DNA of 64,000 bases from Rhodosorus marinus CCMP1338 (lineage: Eukaryota; Plantae; Rhodophyta), in contig JAMWBK010000004.1 in NCBI GenBank assembly GCA_029953675.1, positions 3,100,001 to 3,164,000 on the forward strand, in the 5' to 3' direction. The translations under genes and the position numbers were made by a program. Positions 1 through 13,359 of this stretch are shown here, in pieces (position 1 is the stretch's first letter; each line of letters starts with the position of its first letter). The notes beneath the pieces were generated by a model, which saw only the letters and a program-made list of their open reading frames with translations, was not told the origin of the DNA and searched no databases.

Positions 1-1489
1 AAGACTTTTCCAAGTCGAGTCTGGCAGATTGTAGCCTAGGGGGGTGGCAGCTTTTCCAGATACGAGCTGATATTTCTTATCTACTTTGTCCACAGTGGGG
101 TCATCCTCAAATTATCAAACTATACGACCAGGCCAATTTTAGTAGCACCCTGCCTCCCCCCCCCGCCTAGTTATCATGATGTATTCTAAATGAAGATTTT
201 TTTTGTTCTTAAACCAAAGGATCGCACTTTTAGGTCTTCTAATCTGCCTTTTTTAGTATAGTCAAATTTTTTTGAATCGAGCGGTCAGAATTCTCTGAAA
301 AAACCACTGTCTTGCCAAATGCCTAGCTGACCTTGATCTTTGTATCGTATAGCCATTCTGACATGACAATAAAGCGAAATCGGGCTCGTCGTTTCGAGCA
401 TATTGAAAATGCTAAAATCTATTACCAGTTTTAGAGTTTTAGCTTCGTATCGTATAAGCTATGTTTCAACTGATTCAGTTGCCGGACTGTACTTAAGGCG
501 GAGGAAGTGCCCGTGGAGGGACTGTTTGGGCGACTTGCTCTTCAGCTTAGTCAGTTTACCTCAATAACTCGAAAAACTCGGCAAACCGTGTGAATCCGTC
601 AACGTTTCGATAGGCTCAGCTAACGGCCTACCGCCTGGGAATGCCTCCCGTTCTTCTCCCCCCCCTACGGCTTTTCATCCGGAGCTTGCTGGGATTGCGT
701 CGTGCATACGCTGATTTCCCAAGTTAGAAAATAGTACCTTTTTTGAAAACGAAAGAGGGGGTGTTGCAGGGTTCTCAGCGTGGGGAGCGGATTAGTCACT
801 TGAGCCCAAGCGACCAAGTTTCCAGATTCTTTCCTTGCATAATTTTCGGAAGCCCCTTTTTTGCCTGAGTCTAGACCGTTGTCCGTTGCAGGCTTCCGGT
901 TTCTTTCACCGAGGGGTTACTTTTGCCTGGAAACAGTGACCTTGTCCAGCACTCCAATGTCAATTTTTTCTACCCCTGGGGTTCAAACGGAAATAAGGGA
1001 AAGGTTTGATGTAGTGTATGTAGATGGGCCGGAGGGCGGAGGGGGTTTACATTTAGTGGAGCCACAGTCCTTTTTTGTTGGATATCATGTCTCGGTAGGG
1101 AGATCGACCAAGAGGCCTCATAAATACTCCCGATTTTGCGACAGTTGCGCAAGTCCGGTCCACGCTGACGGGAGGGAACAGCGCTCGGGGCAAGGTAGCC
1201 GGATAGGAACGTGCTTCAGTCAAACCGGTGGGTGCTCAAAAATCGACATGCTCTGTCAATGGATGGTCTGCCCTCGAGGCGGAGGATTTACCGGCGTGGG
1301 TTGTTGACTATTATGCGACGTTTATTGTTAGATGACCCTCATGCAGGAGCGGTGTTGCATGGTCGGAGGGGTGGCATAGTGAGCGAGGTAGATCAGCTCA
1401 AGAAAGGTCCAATATCTAGTTTTGTTGCTGTTGGGTCGACTGTGGACTATATCATACGCATATTTGAAGAAACCGTAGGCTCAAGCAAA

Positions 1490-4400
1490 ATGTGGCGGAA
1501 GGAGTCCAGCGGTGCTGGAGATTCGGACAAAGCGCCGCTTAGGAAGACATATCCGCAGGCAGCGAGTGGGTATGACCTAAAGGAGCAGATTGGAAAGGGC
1601 AGCGCCGCCACTGTTTTCAAGTAAGCGCCGTACCGCAAGAACAGCTCTGTTGGAAAGCAGGAGTCTGTTATTTTTCTAGGTCCAAACAAAACTTACGCCT
1701 TCGATTTTGGCGCATTCCTCCTAGAGCATGGTGCGAGCAAGAACATGAGGAGGTCGCAATCAAGGTCATTGACCTGGAATGGTTTCAAGCTTCTCTTGAC
1801 GACATCTGGAAGGAAATTCAAGTCATGTCCCTTTCGTCTCACCCGAACGTGGTTCCTTACTCAACATCATTTGTTGATGGGACTGACCTATGGGTTGTGA
1901 TGCCGCTTCTCACCGGCGGCTCTGTTCAGTCGCTGCTCAATGGCTTGTTTCCAGGAGGTGAGCATGTGTGTCAGCCTCACAGAACTCGCGAGATCTCGGT
2001 TAGTTTTGAGTTTTCTGACGCATTTGATTGCGGGAACCTCCCTTCCCCTTAAAAAAACGTAGGCATGCCCGAGCCGCTCGCACAGTATCTGCTGTTCGAG
2101 ACCGTCAAGGCTCTGGACTACTTTCACAAGCATGGACAAATTCACAGGGATGTGAAAGCTGCCAATATTCTATTGACGTCTCAGGGTCAGGTGCGTTTCC
2201 GTATTCTGCAAGTCACTATGCGGCTTCTCCCTCTGAGAGATGGGGCGCTTACCCGTGATCAGGTCATGTTATCCGACTATGGCGTGATGGGGTGGATGGT
2301 GGAAGGCGGTGTCGAAAGAAAAGCAGCCCAGACGGTGGTTGGTACCCCGCACTGGATGGCGCCAGAGGTTTTGGAACAGCGACACGGGTACAACTACAAG
2401 GCGGACATATGGAGCTTGGGGATTACTGCCCTCGAACTTGCTCAGGGACATCCGCCTTACATGAACTACCCGCCAGTTAAGGTAAGCCTTTTGCGCCCAC
2501 ACGAGCCCGACCGCAGCGGATCATGCCCCAACTTCGAAATGAGAGTAGATCAAGCTGTAGCGGCATACGCATCGCCCCTAAATCAATTTTTGTCTTGCAG
2601 ATCTTGTTGATGACATTGAACGAGCCTCCTCCTCAGTTGACTGGACAGCCAAGTTTTGAATATTCAAAGGCTTTCAAGGAAATGCTACAGCTCTGCCTAC
2701 AAAAAGATCCGAAGCGACGCGCGAGCACATCAGACCTCCTGCAACATCGATTTTTCAGAAACGTGAAGAAACCTGACGATCTCCCGGAATTGTTGTCAAG
2801 GCTCCCTCCGCTCGGTAGTAGGGCAGGTAAACGTGTCTACACTCTTTGATGGATTCCCGCTGAAAGGAGAATGGCGGTTGCTGGGCAGCCAGGATCAGTT
2901 TTCCATATTGCGTGGCCATATTGGGTTGTGGACTGGTCCACCTCATGAGCTGAACTTAGTTTCCGTGCTTTGCTGTAGGGAGTCAGGCGATGCTTTATAG
3001 ACTATTGCGCAAAGGAAAAAGAGTAGGTTCGCGTGGAGCAAGCGAATCCCAATCGAAAGGCTCGAACTCGTTGGTCTGGGACTTTGATTCTGGTGATGAG
3101 GCAGAAAGCGTTCGATTCGATGAGAACAAGGAGAGTCTGAACGGTATTGAGTCCACTGCAACGAAATCAAGCACGGACACTTTGAACAAACCACCCACAC
3201 CTGCGCCAATCCCCCCATCTTCACCCTTAACAACACCAAAACCGCCATCGAGAGTGGGAAGTGCTCCGGTGACGAGTTCTCCCGCAACTTCTTGGCCGAA
3301 GAGAGTTGAGGAGAAGGCAGGGGATGTGCGTACTCACCCTCTTCCCGAAGCACACCAGAGCGTTTCAGAGAGCTAATATGAGCGCCTATTGTCTATTCAG
3401 GGCGTGCAAAGCAAAAGTGGGGCAATTTCGTCAACCAGTCCTGATGCTTCAACTGTGCCAGTAGACACGACAAAGTTCCGTAAAAGTAAGCAAAGAAGCG
3501 GCGATATTCTACAGCCCGGGGGGGGGGAAAGCTCTTAGGAGAGTCGAGCTCCTTACGCAGACCTATTCAAATCCCGTAGGTCGGTTCACCATATCAGAGG
3601 TGGAACTTAATAAGAGTTCTCGTGGAGAAACACAAGACGCGGAAGAGCAACTCAGGGCGAATGCTTCGGAACCGCTCCTGGATGGAACAGACGGGGAGCG
3701 CAACAGTTCGCGACGACCACGCATCGAGGTAAAGGAAGTTTTGAAAGATGATCTATCTATTGCAAGTACTGCCGGATCGGGGCTGGTCGGGGAAAACCTT
3801 TCAACCCACTCCGGTGGAAACTTTGGACCACCAACGCCAATGCCAGTGCGATCTCTGGCGAGTCAGGATAATCTGACGTTGAATAATCTTCCCAAGTTTG
3901 ACGGGGACACCGAGACCAGTCGTCATATACCTCGAAAGGTGGGAACTCGTGAGGCAGCTTCTCTTTGAAAATGCTCTTTCTTCGACTTAACTCAGCATAT
4001 CGTTACCACGATGCGACCTCTCCCCCCAATACAGCCAAGTCGATTCGAAGTTACAGCAATAGGAGCCCCGAAGGAAGGGTTGCCCAGCAGGGAAAAGTCG
4101 CAGGAGACTGTTGTAGAACCTGCTACAGTTAAAGGCGATGGGAGTGATGCGCTTGTTCCAGCTCCACCGGCGCAAGGGGAAAAGGATCCCGCGAAAATGT
4201 CTCGCAAGGTTTGTCATCACTTCATCAGGGGATTTTCACTTGTTCGAGCTCAGCCATGATGGCCGCGATGTTCGATGTTGATTGTATTGAACTAACTCAC
4301 CCCCGCAAAACTGTATTGCGATCGGCTAATCTGCAGCAAAGTCGATTTGAAATCATGACCCCAGTGGAGGGTAAGGACTCGACGAAGGAAGCTGCAAAAG

Positions 4401-4990
4401 AAACAGTAGCTCGGCCAAAGGAGACCGCGCCTGTTAAGGAGGGCGCGGATGGGCTTGCCAGGAGGCCTTCGAGGTTCCAGGTGAGGATGACCTTTTCCAC
4501 TTCCCCACTCGTAAGGCGAGGAAAAAAACGAAAAACTCGCTTCTGGCTCACTCACGCGCTTTCTTCCAGATAACCGATTCCGGGGATGACGCAAAAGGCA
4601 GGGCTGCTCGACTTCTGGCTGAAGGTGAAACTTACGTTCCTACAGGGTCACCAGCTGCGCTGAAATCCACCACGCCGAGTCCTGCCAATCAGACACCTAA
4701 GGCAAGGTTCGAAGCCGGGTCAAAACCCACCCAGGAGACGTCTCCAGCGCTCGGAACCGCACCCCAGCGCAAGGGTCGATTTGAAGTTCTCTCCACGAAA
4801 CAGAATCCCCTTGAGATGCTGAAAAGCGTGATGGAACAGGTTCGCAACGTGGAAATGCTTGGCTATTTCTCCACGACCTCATGATTGACCGATTGCTTCG
4901 AGTCTTGTTCACGCTCAGGTTGAATTACTTCTGAAAGAGAACGAAAGCCTGAAAAAGGAACTGGCGGCGCTGAAGAGAGATGCGAGCTGA
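1490..4990 (+). CDS. STE20-family (OSR1/SPAK-like, plant MAP4K-like) Ser/Thr kinase, multi-exon
   Basis: Spliced exons give IGKGSAATVFK-AWC...VAIKVIDLE, HPNVV, HRDVKAANILL, DYG, VGTPHWMAPEVLEQ, KADIWSLGITALELAQGHPPY. A long low-complexity tail follows, then a C-terminal coiled coil (VELLLKENESLKKELAALKRDAS*). GT-AG introns, e.g. 1621-1724, 3486-3579, 4481-4569. Confidence 0.93.
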
Positions 4991-6749
4991 CAGAACGATG
5001 ATGTCACATGTGTAGCTAGCTTGCCGAAAATTGGGAGCCAAATATTGCTGTCAATAAGAACATATGTATTCCTAGAATTTGTTGTATTGGACATAGAACC
5101 CCTTGTACGCTCTTCTTCAGCTCACGCTGGTTCCGGACAGATTGAACAGCGGCGTTTCGGATCAGTCGGACAGCCACCGTAAGAGGATAAGAACTGTGGT
5201 GCATTCATTAAACGAAGACAAGCGTCACACGAAATTGAGTGCCGCGCTTTGTATATGTGGTTTGCGGTGATCCATATGCGTGTAACCGTCAGGGACAAAC
5301 TCGACGGGTTTCTTTTACCTTAGTCATCCCGGAAGATTTAGCCGTCGGCCAAGTTGTTTCCGAACAGCTAGCCTCCCGGTTGCCGGCAGAACCGTAGTTA
5401 CTTAAAAGGGCTTAAATAGTGTATCTCATGTAATCGCTAGAGACTTTCCGTGTTTTTTTTGTTGCTTGAATTCCATTGCGACAAAAGAGGACATGTTTTT
5501 AGAATAAATTGATGTCCTTCGATATGCCTTCGGTTAAATCCACTCTTTTAGGTGCGTGAAAGCATTAGCAGAGTTGGATCAGTCTTCGAACGGTTCCGCT
5601 AACGGAAGAGGTGGTTCTAGTCCCAGCTCCTGGGACAATCCCAGCAAGTTCGCCTTCCTACAAGCGCCTATCGGGCGTTTACCCCGGAGTAGACTCGTCC
5701 CATTCCTCTTAGCAGGTGGACCAGCAAAGTGAGTTATGTTTTGCTCTTTGCCTCTTAAAAGCGGAGTCTTTCGGCTTCTACCTACACCCAGTTGCTGATT
5801 AGGGCTTTCGACTTGTTGAGACTTTGACGTTCAGTTTTGCCTTTTAGTAGTCGCGGTGAGGTAGTGCCTGGGGTTTGGAGTGATTAGAGGAGGTGAAATT
5901 CGATTTTCGTTTCTTGCGACGTGAAGACGGGAGGCTTCGCGTGGAGTGTACGGGGAAGGAGAGGATTGAATAGCAACGGAGCGTGCTGATGTTTAGGGTC
6001 TTGATGGGGGTGGATGAAAGTTTTAGATGCGTAAGTTCTGAGCTATGAAGTCCGAGGCGAAGATCAGCTATCAGTCGCTCTTGGGTGAATCTGGAACGGC
6101 GGAGAGAGTGCTATTTTGGTCGGAAGATGATGGAGGTGTTCCGTGGATATTTCGCTCTGAGATTGGAGTTTTTCTTTGGTTGGGAGTTATATGGCTCCTT
6201 CTGATATACACGGTGTTCAAGCTGCTGTCTTTAGCGCTGAATTTTCGACTGAGAAACTTGTGACTAGGGAAGGCAGCTTTTCAAAAGTGAAACGCTTCCT
6301 AGCAAGACTTTTCAACTCTTTCCGGAACCTGCGGGATGATCGAGGGATAGTCAAACATGAAAGAGGCAGCACGTAGTCTCGGCGTTGCCAACCGTTGTAC
6401 AATACATTGAAATAGTTTTTTTAGCGATCATGAAGGTGAAGCTCAATTAAATTCATTACGTGAATAACCAGTTCAAGTTTGCTCGGAGAAATTCAAGGAA
6501 CAGTTTCACATCCAGCTGGAAGTCGCACCTCGAGTGCCAGCATGTGGCGGATTGAATACTTCGCTCTACACTAGTCTTTTATTTACTCATCATTGCTCTA
6601 TCCATTCAAGAGCACAGTGGCCGCCTACCTGGGGCTGAAAGACCTTTGGTAGAGACCCCCATTTGGCTGCCCTGATTGGCTGTGTGCGCAGACGAACTGG
6701 AGCAATGAATGCAGAAATCAAATGGAGAGGTGTTGAATCTACGCAGGCG

Positions 6750-9187
6750 CTAGTCATTTTTCTTCTCCTCTTCGGATTTGCTCTCGTCTACAATCGCTGC
6801 AGATACTTCCGCAGAAGCCGGCGATGTATCCACAGGTCCCGCTGTCTTCTTAGTCTTCTTGGTCTTCTTCTTCTTCGGCTTCTCCTCAAACACCTGCCCG
6901 AACTCGTTCACTCTGGTCTTGTCAACTGGGTACTTCCATCTGTTTTGGCGATCGGATCGAATCAAGAGGACCCAAAAGAAGACGGTCAGTGTCAGTCTTC
7001 TGGTGTTCGCGTCTCCACGAACCTGCAATTTGGAGGGGATGCATCAAACGTACTTCTGGTACAAGAATATTGCAAAGACGATGTCGTCTCTGAAGCAAGC
7101 CAGCCTATGGAGTGTGGGCATTTTGATAATGAAGGAGAACAAATCGTCGATGACTGTGTTCAGCGCCTTGTACATGAACGCCTTCATTGGCAAGTGTGCC
7201 ACGCTCTTGAGTTTGTAGTTAATGAAGATTTGCGGGAACATCATCATGAATCCAAACGCGTAGACCGCGCCCACCAAGGACGATATGATCCAGGAATACC
7301 ACGATCTGTGCTTGTCGTAGACCAAAGAGTATATAGCGTATAGGGCGACGGACGGGTAAAGGAAGTACCTGCACATACGAGTTTGAAAAAAAATACATCA
7401 ACTTGTGCTCGAACACGCACAAAGTAATGACGCCCGCGGAATCATCTTTCGGCAAAGTCTCGCTCAACCGATCGAGGAAAGAAGCTGCGCTTACCCCAAG
7501 TATTGCATTGCCTGGTCATCGTATTCCTTTGTCTTCGACTGAGAGTATGATCTCTTGTCCTCGTACTCAAACCAAGGAATGAACTTGAAGATTTTCGCCT
7601 TCCCGAAGGACTTGAAGTTCACCGCTTTCCGCAGCTTCCAGACCTCAATGAGTGCGTTGACACCGGCACTCATTATTATCATCCACGACGTCTCGTTATC
7701 TAGTAGGTAAAGAAAAATAACTATTTCCATACCAACCTAGACCAATTCGCGTGGTTACGTTTTTCTTTTTGAGTTCGCGCTATGTGTGGAGAAGGGTGTG
7801 GTTTACCCGCGTCCTGCGCGGCGGAGGACAGTGTTCACCTTCCAGAACATGGAACGCACGGAGACTCCTTCCATGCTTTTGACGTTTCTCCAATGCGAAA
7901 TATCGCTTTTGAAAGCAAGCATCTCAAGCAGCGTGTGTGCGAGCGACACGACCGTAGTCAGTGCGAGCAGCCAGGGGTTGGTTTCAATTAGTGTGCGCTT
8001 GATCTGTTCAATTTCATCGCCCTTAATCGGCATGATTGGATTGTCCTTCCAAGACTGTTCCACGGTCATGAAGATGTTAAACTTCATCATACTCATTGGT
8101 CCAATCACGAGCTTAAGCGGAACCTGTCCAGGTGGAGGCAAAAAACGAAAGCCGAATGACCCCTTAGTTTGACGAAATACTTGATTCTTCATTTGCAGAC
8201 GGGTTTCAGGTTCTTCGGAACGACAAACCTGCTCAACGCTTGCGTCTGCCATTATATGATTCTCCTTCAGCAACCAGAATTCGTTTACAAATACGGGAGG
8301 GAGGTATTTCTCCGTATCGGCGACAACTTTGAAGCGTTTCTCGACCGGTGGCGGTATTCTTCCCGTCCCAAGCTTCTCTTTTGTTACCACGTATTCCAGG
8401 TAAAGTTCAGGCTTCCAGTACCTTACGTACTCCTAGTGCATGGGAGGAATAAGGCAAGCCAAGAGAAGCAGCTCCCGAGCTTTCAGACATACGAGCAGTA
8501 TTCATTCTGAACCTGCGATCGGCTGACCGCTATTCACGGAGCTGAAGGGGGATGAGAGCTCACCATCGGGGTATCCGAGTTGCCTGTATGCTCCTTCAGG
8601 GAGTCGGGTTCATCGTTCAGCACTTCAGCTACGTCCCTTTTCTCAAGCAGCGAGACCGTCTCTTTCGAGGGATCTTTGGCTCTCCATTCCACCATTCTAT
8701 GCTTGACGTAGGTGGTGGGGATTGACGTAGCCTGTTTCGGAGAGACGTACATATGCATCCACATAGATCCGTTCCCGTGCCTGAAGTTATCGGAGAGTGT
8801 GAAGTTTTTCTCGAACTGCTTCGAGTTTGTGGTTCCGAAATCGTAAGTCATGTTCTCCCCAACCCAATCCGGGGTCAGCTGTTGAACGTCCTCTGCTGAC
8901 ATGCTTGCCTTCTCCGAAATGTATACAGTCCAATCAAAAACATTCCCGTCTTCGTAAAAGTTAGCCACCCGAACTGGTGCAGTTGTGGTGGCGGTGGCGG
9001 TGCCAGTTGTGCTACTAGGCTTGGGGGCCTCCTGATTCGGCGCCATAAACCCTTGCATAATACTGTATGCAAGAAATACCAATAGAAGACGAAGTCCAAT
9101 CTGAGACAGCTGGTCCATTAGATTCTGCGGCTCCCTCCCATTGGAAGGACTTGCATTTGCAGCTCCTGTGCTCTGAGACCCCGGCAT
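6750..9187 (-). CDS. CLPTM1: CLPTM1 family membrane protein, multi-exon
   Basis: Exons encode LLEMLAFKSDISHW, GFMMMFPQIFINYKLKSVAHLP, YKALNTVIDDLFSFIIKMPTLHRLACFRDD and YQKWKYPVDKTRVNEFGQ, all characteristic CLPTM1 segments. Confidence 0.93.
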
Positions 9188-10602
9188 CCTCCTTCTCGCT
9201 TGATGGAGACTAAGCGCCTTTGCCCACTAGCTACCTTAGCGTAGAATCCCACTTAAAATCTTCCAAGGAGCAAATTCGAGCCCAAACCTGGTGAAAATCC
9301 TCAAGGTCTAGGGGACATTCCTATACCATCAAAACGCAAGTATACCTCTCCTACTCGAAACCATCCCCACCAAGAATAACGGATAGCAACTACCAGACAA
9401 AGGAAAACCCGAAAACAGTCGACAAATAAAATTCACTATTAGGATAACCGGCTGGCTCAACTCCCATCCCTATAACCTTCAAGCTTCGGCTAGCAACGAA
9501 GTGCCCACTTCGCCCACTACACTACGCATATCGGCATTCCGCAGTGCTGTACTTCAGGCTGTCATTTCAGTTTATCTGTCACAATTCGTATGGAGCAAAT
9601 GGACTCAAAATTATTGTAAAGCCAACGGTGTTTCTCATGATATCTGTTTTTGGTTATTTTATATCTGATTTCTGTGGAGAGGTTATCAGTAAACTGCGTT
9701 ATTGGTTGGTGACGAATAATTCGAATACAAATCTACCTCTGGGTCTGTCATTTTTGTTCCCCCGTTTGAGGTAGTGATTGGATAGGTCACCAAACGACCG
9801 GCGCGCCCTGTCCGGGTGGCGCGGAAGGCGATTTGTTGTTGTTCACATTTGCAATATCTAACGTGATTTGATGTGCCTGGTCTCAGGCGATGACGTGCCA
9901 GCTAGAATTTCTTTTCTGAAGTGGATTACTGTGTTCAGAATCGTCGTACCTCGAGTTGTTCGTTCTCGAATTGGCGACTAGACACGCACAAGCGCGCAAC
10001 CACTGGGGAACACGATTTCTGTCGTAGTGCCATCCAAACGAGAGAAGATCCTTGCACATGGTTCCGACCCGCGCCGTTTCCAAGACCGTTGGACTCGGGC
10101 TTGATTCCGTAGCTCTAATTGCCTGAATCGCTTCCAGTCCGTTCGAATAGTATTCAGGCTGCCAATCACCGCTCCCGCATGTTTTTTTTTCGGATGGGAA
10201 ATGCTTAATCGCTTAATAGACCAAAAAAAATTACAGCCCATGAGGTTTTGCAGGCACTTGACAACGAGCTGATCCTGATACCGCGCAGGTGAGGCTCGAA
10301 TGGCCTGGGCAAACCATCCGCTTTGCACGCGAAAGCAGGAAAAGCGCGCGAAACGCTTCGTCGAAACTGGGTTGTCGATCCAATCGCCTCCTCCTATGAA
10401 CACGTCTCGAAGTTGTTCGGGTTGCCGAATGACGCGATTCGCTATTGCTTTCAACGGACGAGTAGCCCACGAAGCAGACAAGCAAGCTGTCCGGTCAAAG
10501 CATACTGCGCTACCAGTACGGAAGCCAGCCATAGCCTAGCGTTATTAAGCAAGCATTCCATGGCCATGGGTAGTTGTAACGAGCGTCAGGAACTTCCAGA
10601 TG

Positions 10603-12553
10603 TCATTTTGGCTTCCGACGACCGCTTCCGCCACCTCCTCGAGGACGGGAAATTACTGCGGCCATGAGGTCCTCATCGATTTCATTGTCGTCAGAGTCTG
10701 AGCTCTCTAGGTTCTTGGAATCTTGACTCGTCTTGAGGCCTTTGCCCGCCTTTGCAGTTTCGCTTTGGTCCTCGTGAACCATCTAACAGGTGGGTTAAGA
10801 GGTACGTTAGGGAAAGATACTTTTTCTTGACAGGCGATTCAAGCTAGTTACAGTTGACCACCAGCAATTGAACATGCAAGCCAGCTGAGCATACGGGTGT
10901 TCTGCTTCCCGGAGACTGTTTAACGAAAGATATGGCAGTCTGAGAGTTCGCACCTCGGCATCGTTCCTTTGGAAGGTATCCGCATTCGGTAGCGGGTGTG
11001 GAGCATTCGACCGGTTATAGGAAGCAGCTAGAGTCTCAGTCGGCGCAGGCGGTGAAACTTCACGGGTATTTCCAGGCGATTTCATTTCAGTCCCGTTATC
11101 CTGTACAACATGCTCCGCTTGCTGGGCGCTGGGAGAATTAACTATGAGGGTTGGATCGGGGCAAATTGGAAATGACTTCTGGAGCATCTCGGAAGGACCT
11201 GAGAGAGAGCGAGTAAGCTCTTTTGCGAGCTTGAGGGTCCGAGCTCCAGCCATCTATGCAGGCGAAGAGTAGGGTAGCCTTCCAGTTAGCACGGAGTAGT
11301 GAGCTGGTGCTTTCACTTTAGCTGGGAGCGCGTTCTTGAAGAGCGAACTACCTTGACCATCTGGACCAGCAGCTCCAGTTCAATGCAAACTCCTCCAGGC
11401 TTTCGAATGCCGCAAATTTCCTTGTGCTCGTTCATGACAACAGATACCTTCCCCTCCATTGCCGCTTCCTCCTGCTCCGAGCACCGGAAACAAGCGAAGC
11501 GAACCACTCTCAGCAAACTGAACTGGTAAGAAAGCAGGGCCAACCCAGTTCAAAGGAAAAGCGCACCTGTGCAGATGGATCTATCAAGACAACGGCTCCA
11601 CTATCGAATAGGGCGAACGTCGTCATTATAGGCATGAAATTGATCGGTAGTGGGATTGGTTCTCTGTGAGTCACTGGATGGATGGTAACCTCTTTGCCCG
11701 ATACAGTGAAGTCCGGTCTTCGTGCATGCTTCAGAGCTGCAATAGCCGCTATCTGAGCCACATCTGAGACATTTCCACAATGGTCGAGTATCGTGATTAC
11801 AACCTTAAGGGACCAAACCTAGCGAGGGCAGTGGAGACAATCTACCTTCAGACTATACTTCTGCAGACGTTCCTTGGCTGCTGAAGTTCGAGGGCAGGGA
11901 CGTACAAGCTTGCTCGCGAGAATGCAGAGGGCTTCCGTGTCCAAGGCCCTTGAATCTCGAATTGCGCGCTCTACCTCTCGAGTTAGTAGCGGGTCTTGGT
12001 CGCTTGCGGAGCCCATCAGAAACTCAAAAGCCCGGTCCTGGTTTGCCGACGGAGAATATTCAACCTGGAAGTTGACCATCCCTGCTCAAACCCACCGCCA
12101 AGGGAGTTTTAAGTTTTTTCCATCCACGAAAATCTCAAAACCCTAGAGTTCGTGATTCTTTCCTCAACAGTTTAGCAAGCTGTTCAGGAGGTGACGTACC
12201 CTCTGAAGGTCGGTCGGGGTGAGGCAGAGTGTGCTCCACTTCAACACAAGCGAGGGCTCGGGTCATACCGATGCAAACCTTTAGAAACAGTAAAAAGAAA
12301 AAGATCCAAATCGATCAGCAAGCGCCCAAGAAGAGATCCGGATCCTCAAGTGACTTTTAGTACCTCAACGGATCCACTCGTTTGGAGTGGATGGAACGTG
12401 GTCTCCCGTATCTCATCCAAGCGCCTCCCGTCGACTCTAGTCGACGACTTGACCGCCTCATTGACAAACTGCTTCTCCGCCGTAGACACCTGCATACTCC
12501 ACAATCCCACCGAAGAAACAACTGCGTACTGTCTGAAGAGTCCTCACACGCAT
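10603..12553 (-). CDS. EXOSC9: Exosome complex component RRP45 (RNase PH-like) with long C-terminal extension, multi-exon
   Basis: Spliced translation MRVRTLQT-VSTAEKQFVNEAVKSSTRVDGRRLDEIR...VCIGMTRALACVE...PHPDRPSEG, ERAIRDSRALDTEALCI, AAIAALKHARRPD, EEAAMEGKVSVVMNEHKEICGIRKPGG. The tail ends ...GRRKPK*. The start relies on a 40-nt intron (12490-12529). Confidence 0.88.
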
Positions 12554-13359
12554 ATTTTTGTGACGAGGACAACATGAACGCTGAAGAGCGTCCCTTCGAG
12601 GCCTGCGCTCTCCGCGATGAAATCGCCAAACAATCTGCTAGTATCAACAGCTTGGAGTCTATATTATGGGCTACCTTCTGAAGGGAGCTGCAAGGAAGCC
12701 TCTCTTGGGCGTTTTCTTAGCCGACGCAGTAAAGGCCACACTTGTCTCCATTCCTTTTCCACTGCGAGCACACAAGGCCGCTCACTGCCAGCGACTCTCA
12801 ACCCCCCATGGACACGGTTGAGAAAATTCGGGTCAAAACAGTGCTGCGGTAAGCAGAGGGGGGTCCTACACCACGAATGACTCTTCGTCCAAAGAGAAGC
12901 CGCAAAGCTGAGTGTGCTGCTTTGCACAACTATCATTTACGCTAGTGCATCGTATATAGCGGCCGATTATTGACGCGGATTGAAAGTGGATACGATTGTT
13001 TCGAATCGACATATCCGATTCAAAAGAGCGGTTTAACAGAATGCGGAAAATGTAAATATGGAATTTTGTGCGGCCGGACTATGTATCTAACAGGGTTTGG
13101 GCGTTTGCATCCCCCCTGCAGCGGTCTACCTCACGAGCCTCGCACCTCACGGCTGATCTGCCGAAATCGGATTTCGAGTGCTTCGACGAAGACTGCCGAG
13201 TCTCATGCAAACGAGAGTCCCTTTATTTCAAGCTCATACATCATGCCCACGACTGAGGGCATAGCCCCTCAACTGCACATGCCTTTAATCTTGATCGTTG
13301 TGGTCGGGGCGCGGCTGAATCTCTTCCGGAACGGGGGATCTACGTTTTATTCGTTGGAA

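Noticed and set aside
861-1480. ORFs of 148 and 137 aa upstream of and overlapping the kinase start
   Set aside because: No recognisable motifs; most likely 5' UTR/promoter read-through. The kinase ATG at 1490 fits better.
5000-6600. Several short open frames with splice-like signals between the kinase and CLPTM1
   Set aside because: Could not be joined into a consistent gene on either strand.
6663-7343. 226-aa plus-strand ORF
   Set aside because: Antisense shadow of CLPTM1 exons.
9883-10667. Overlapping ORFs of 60-184 aa on both strands downstream of RRP45
   Set aside because: No motif or coherent splice model; treated as UTR/intergenic.
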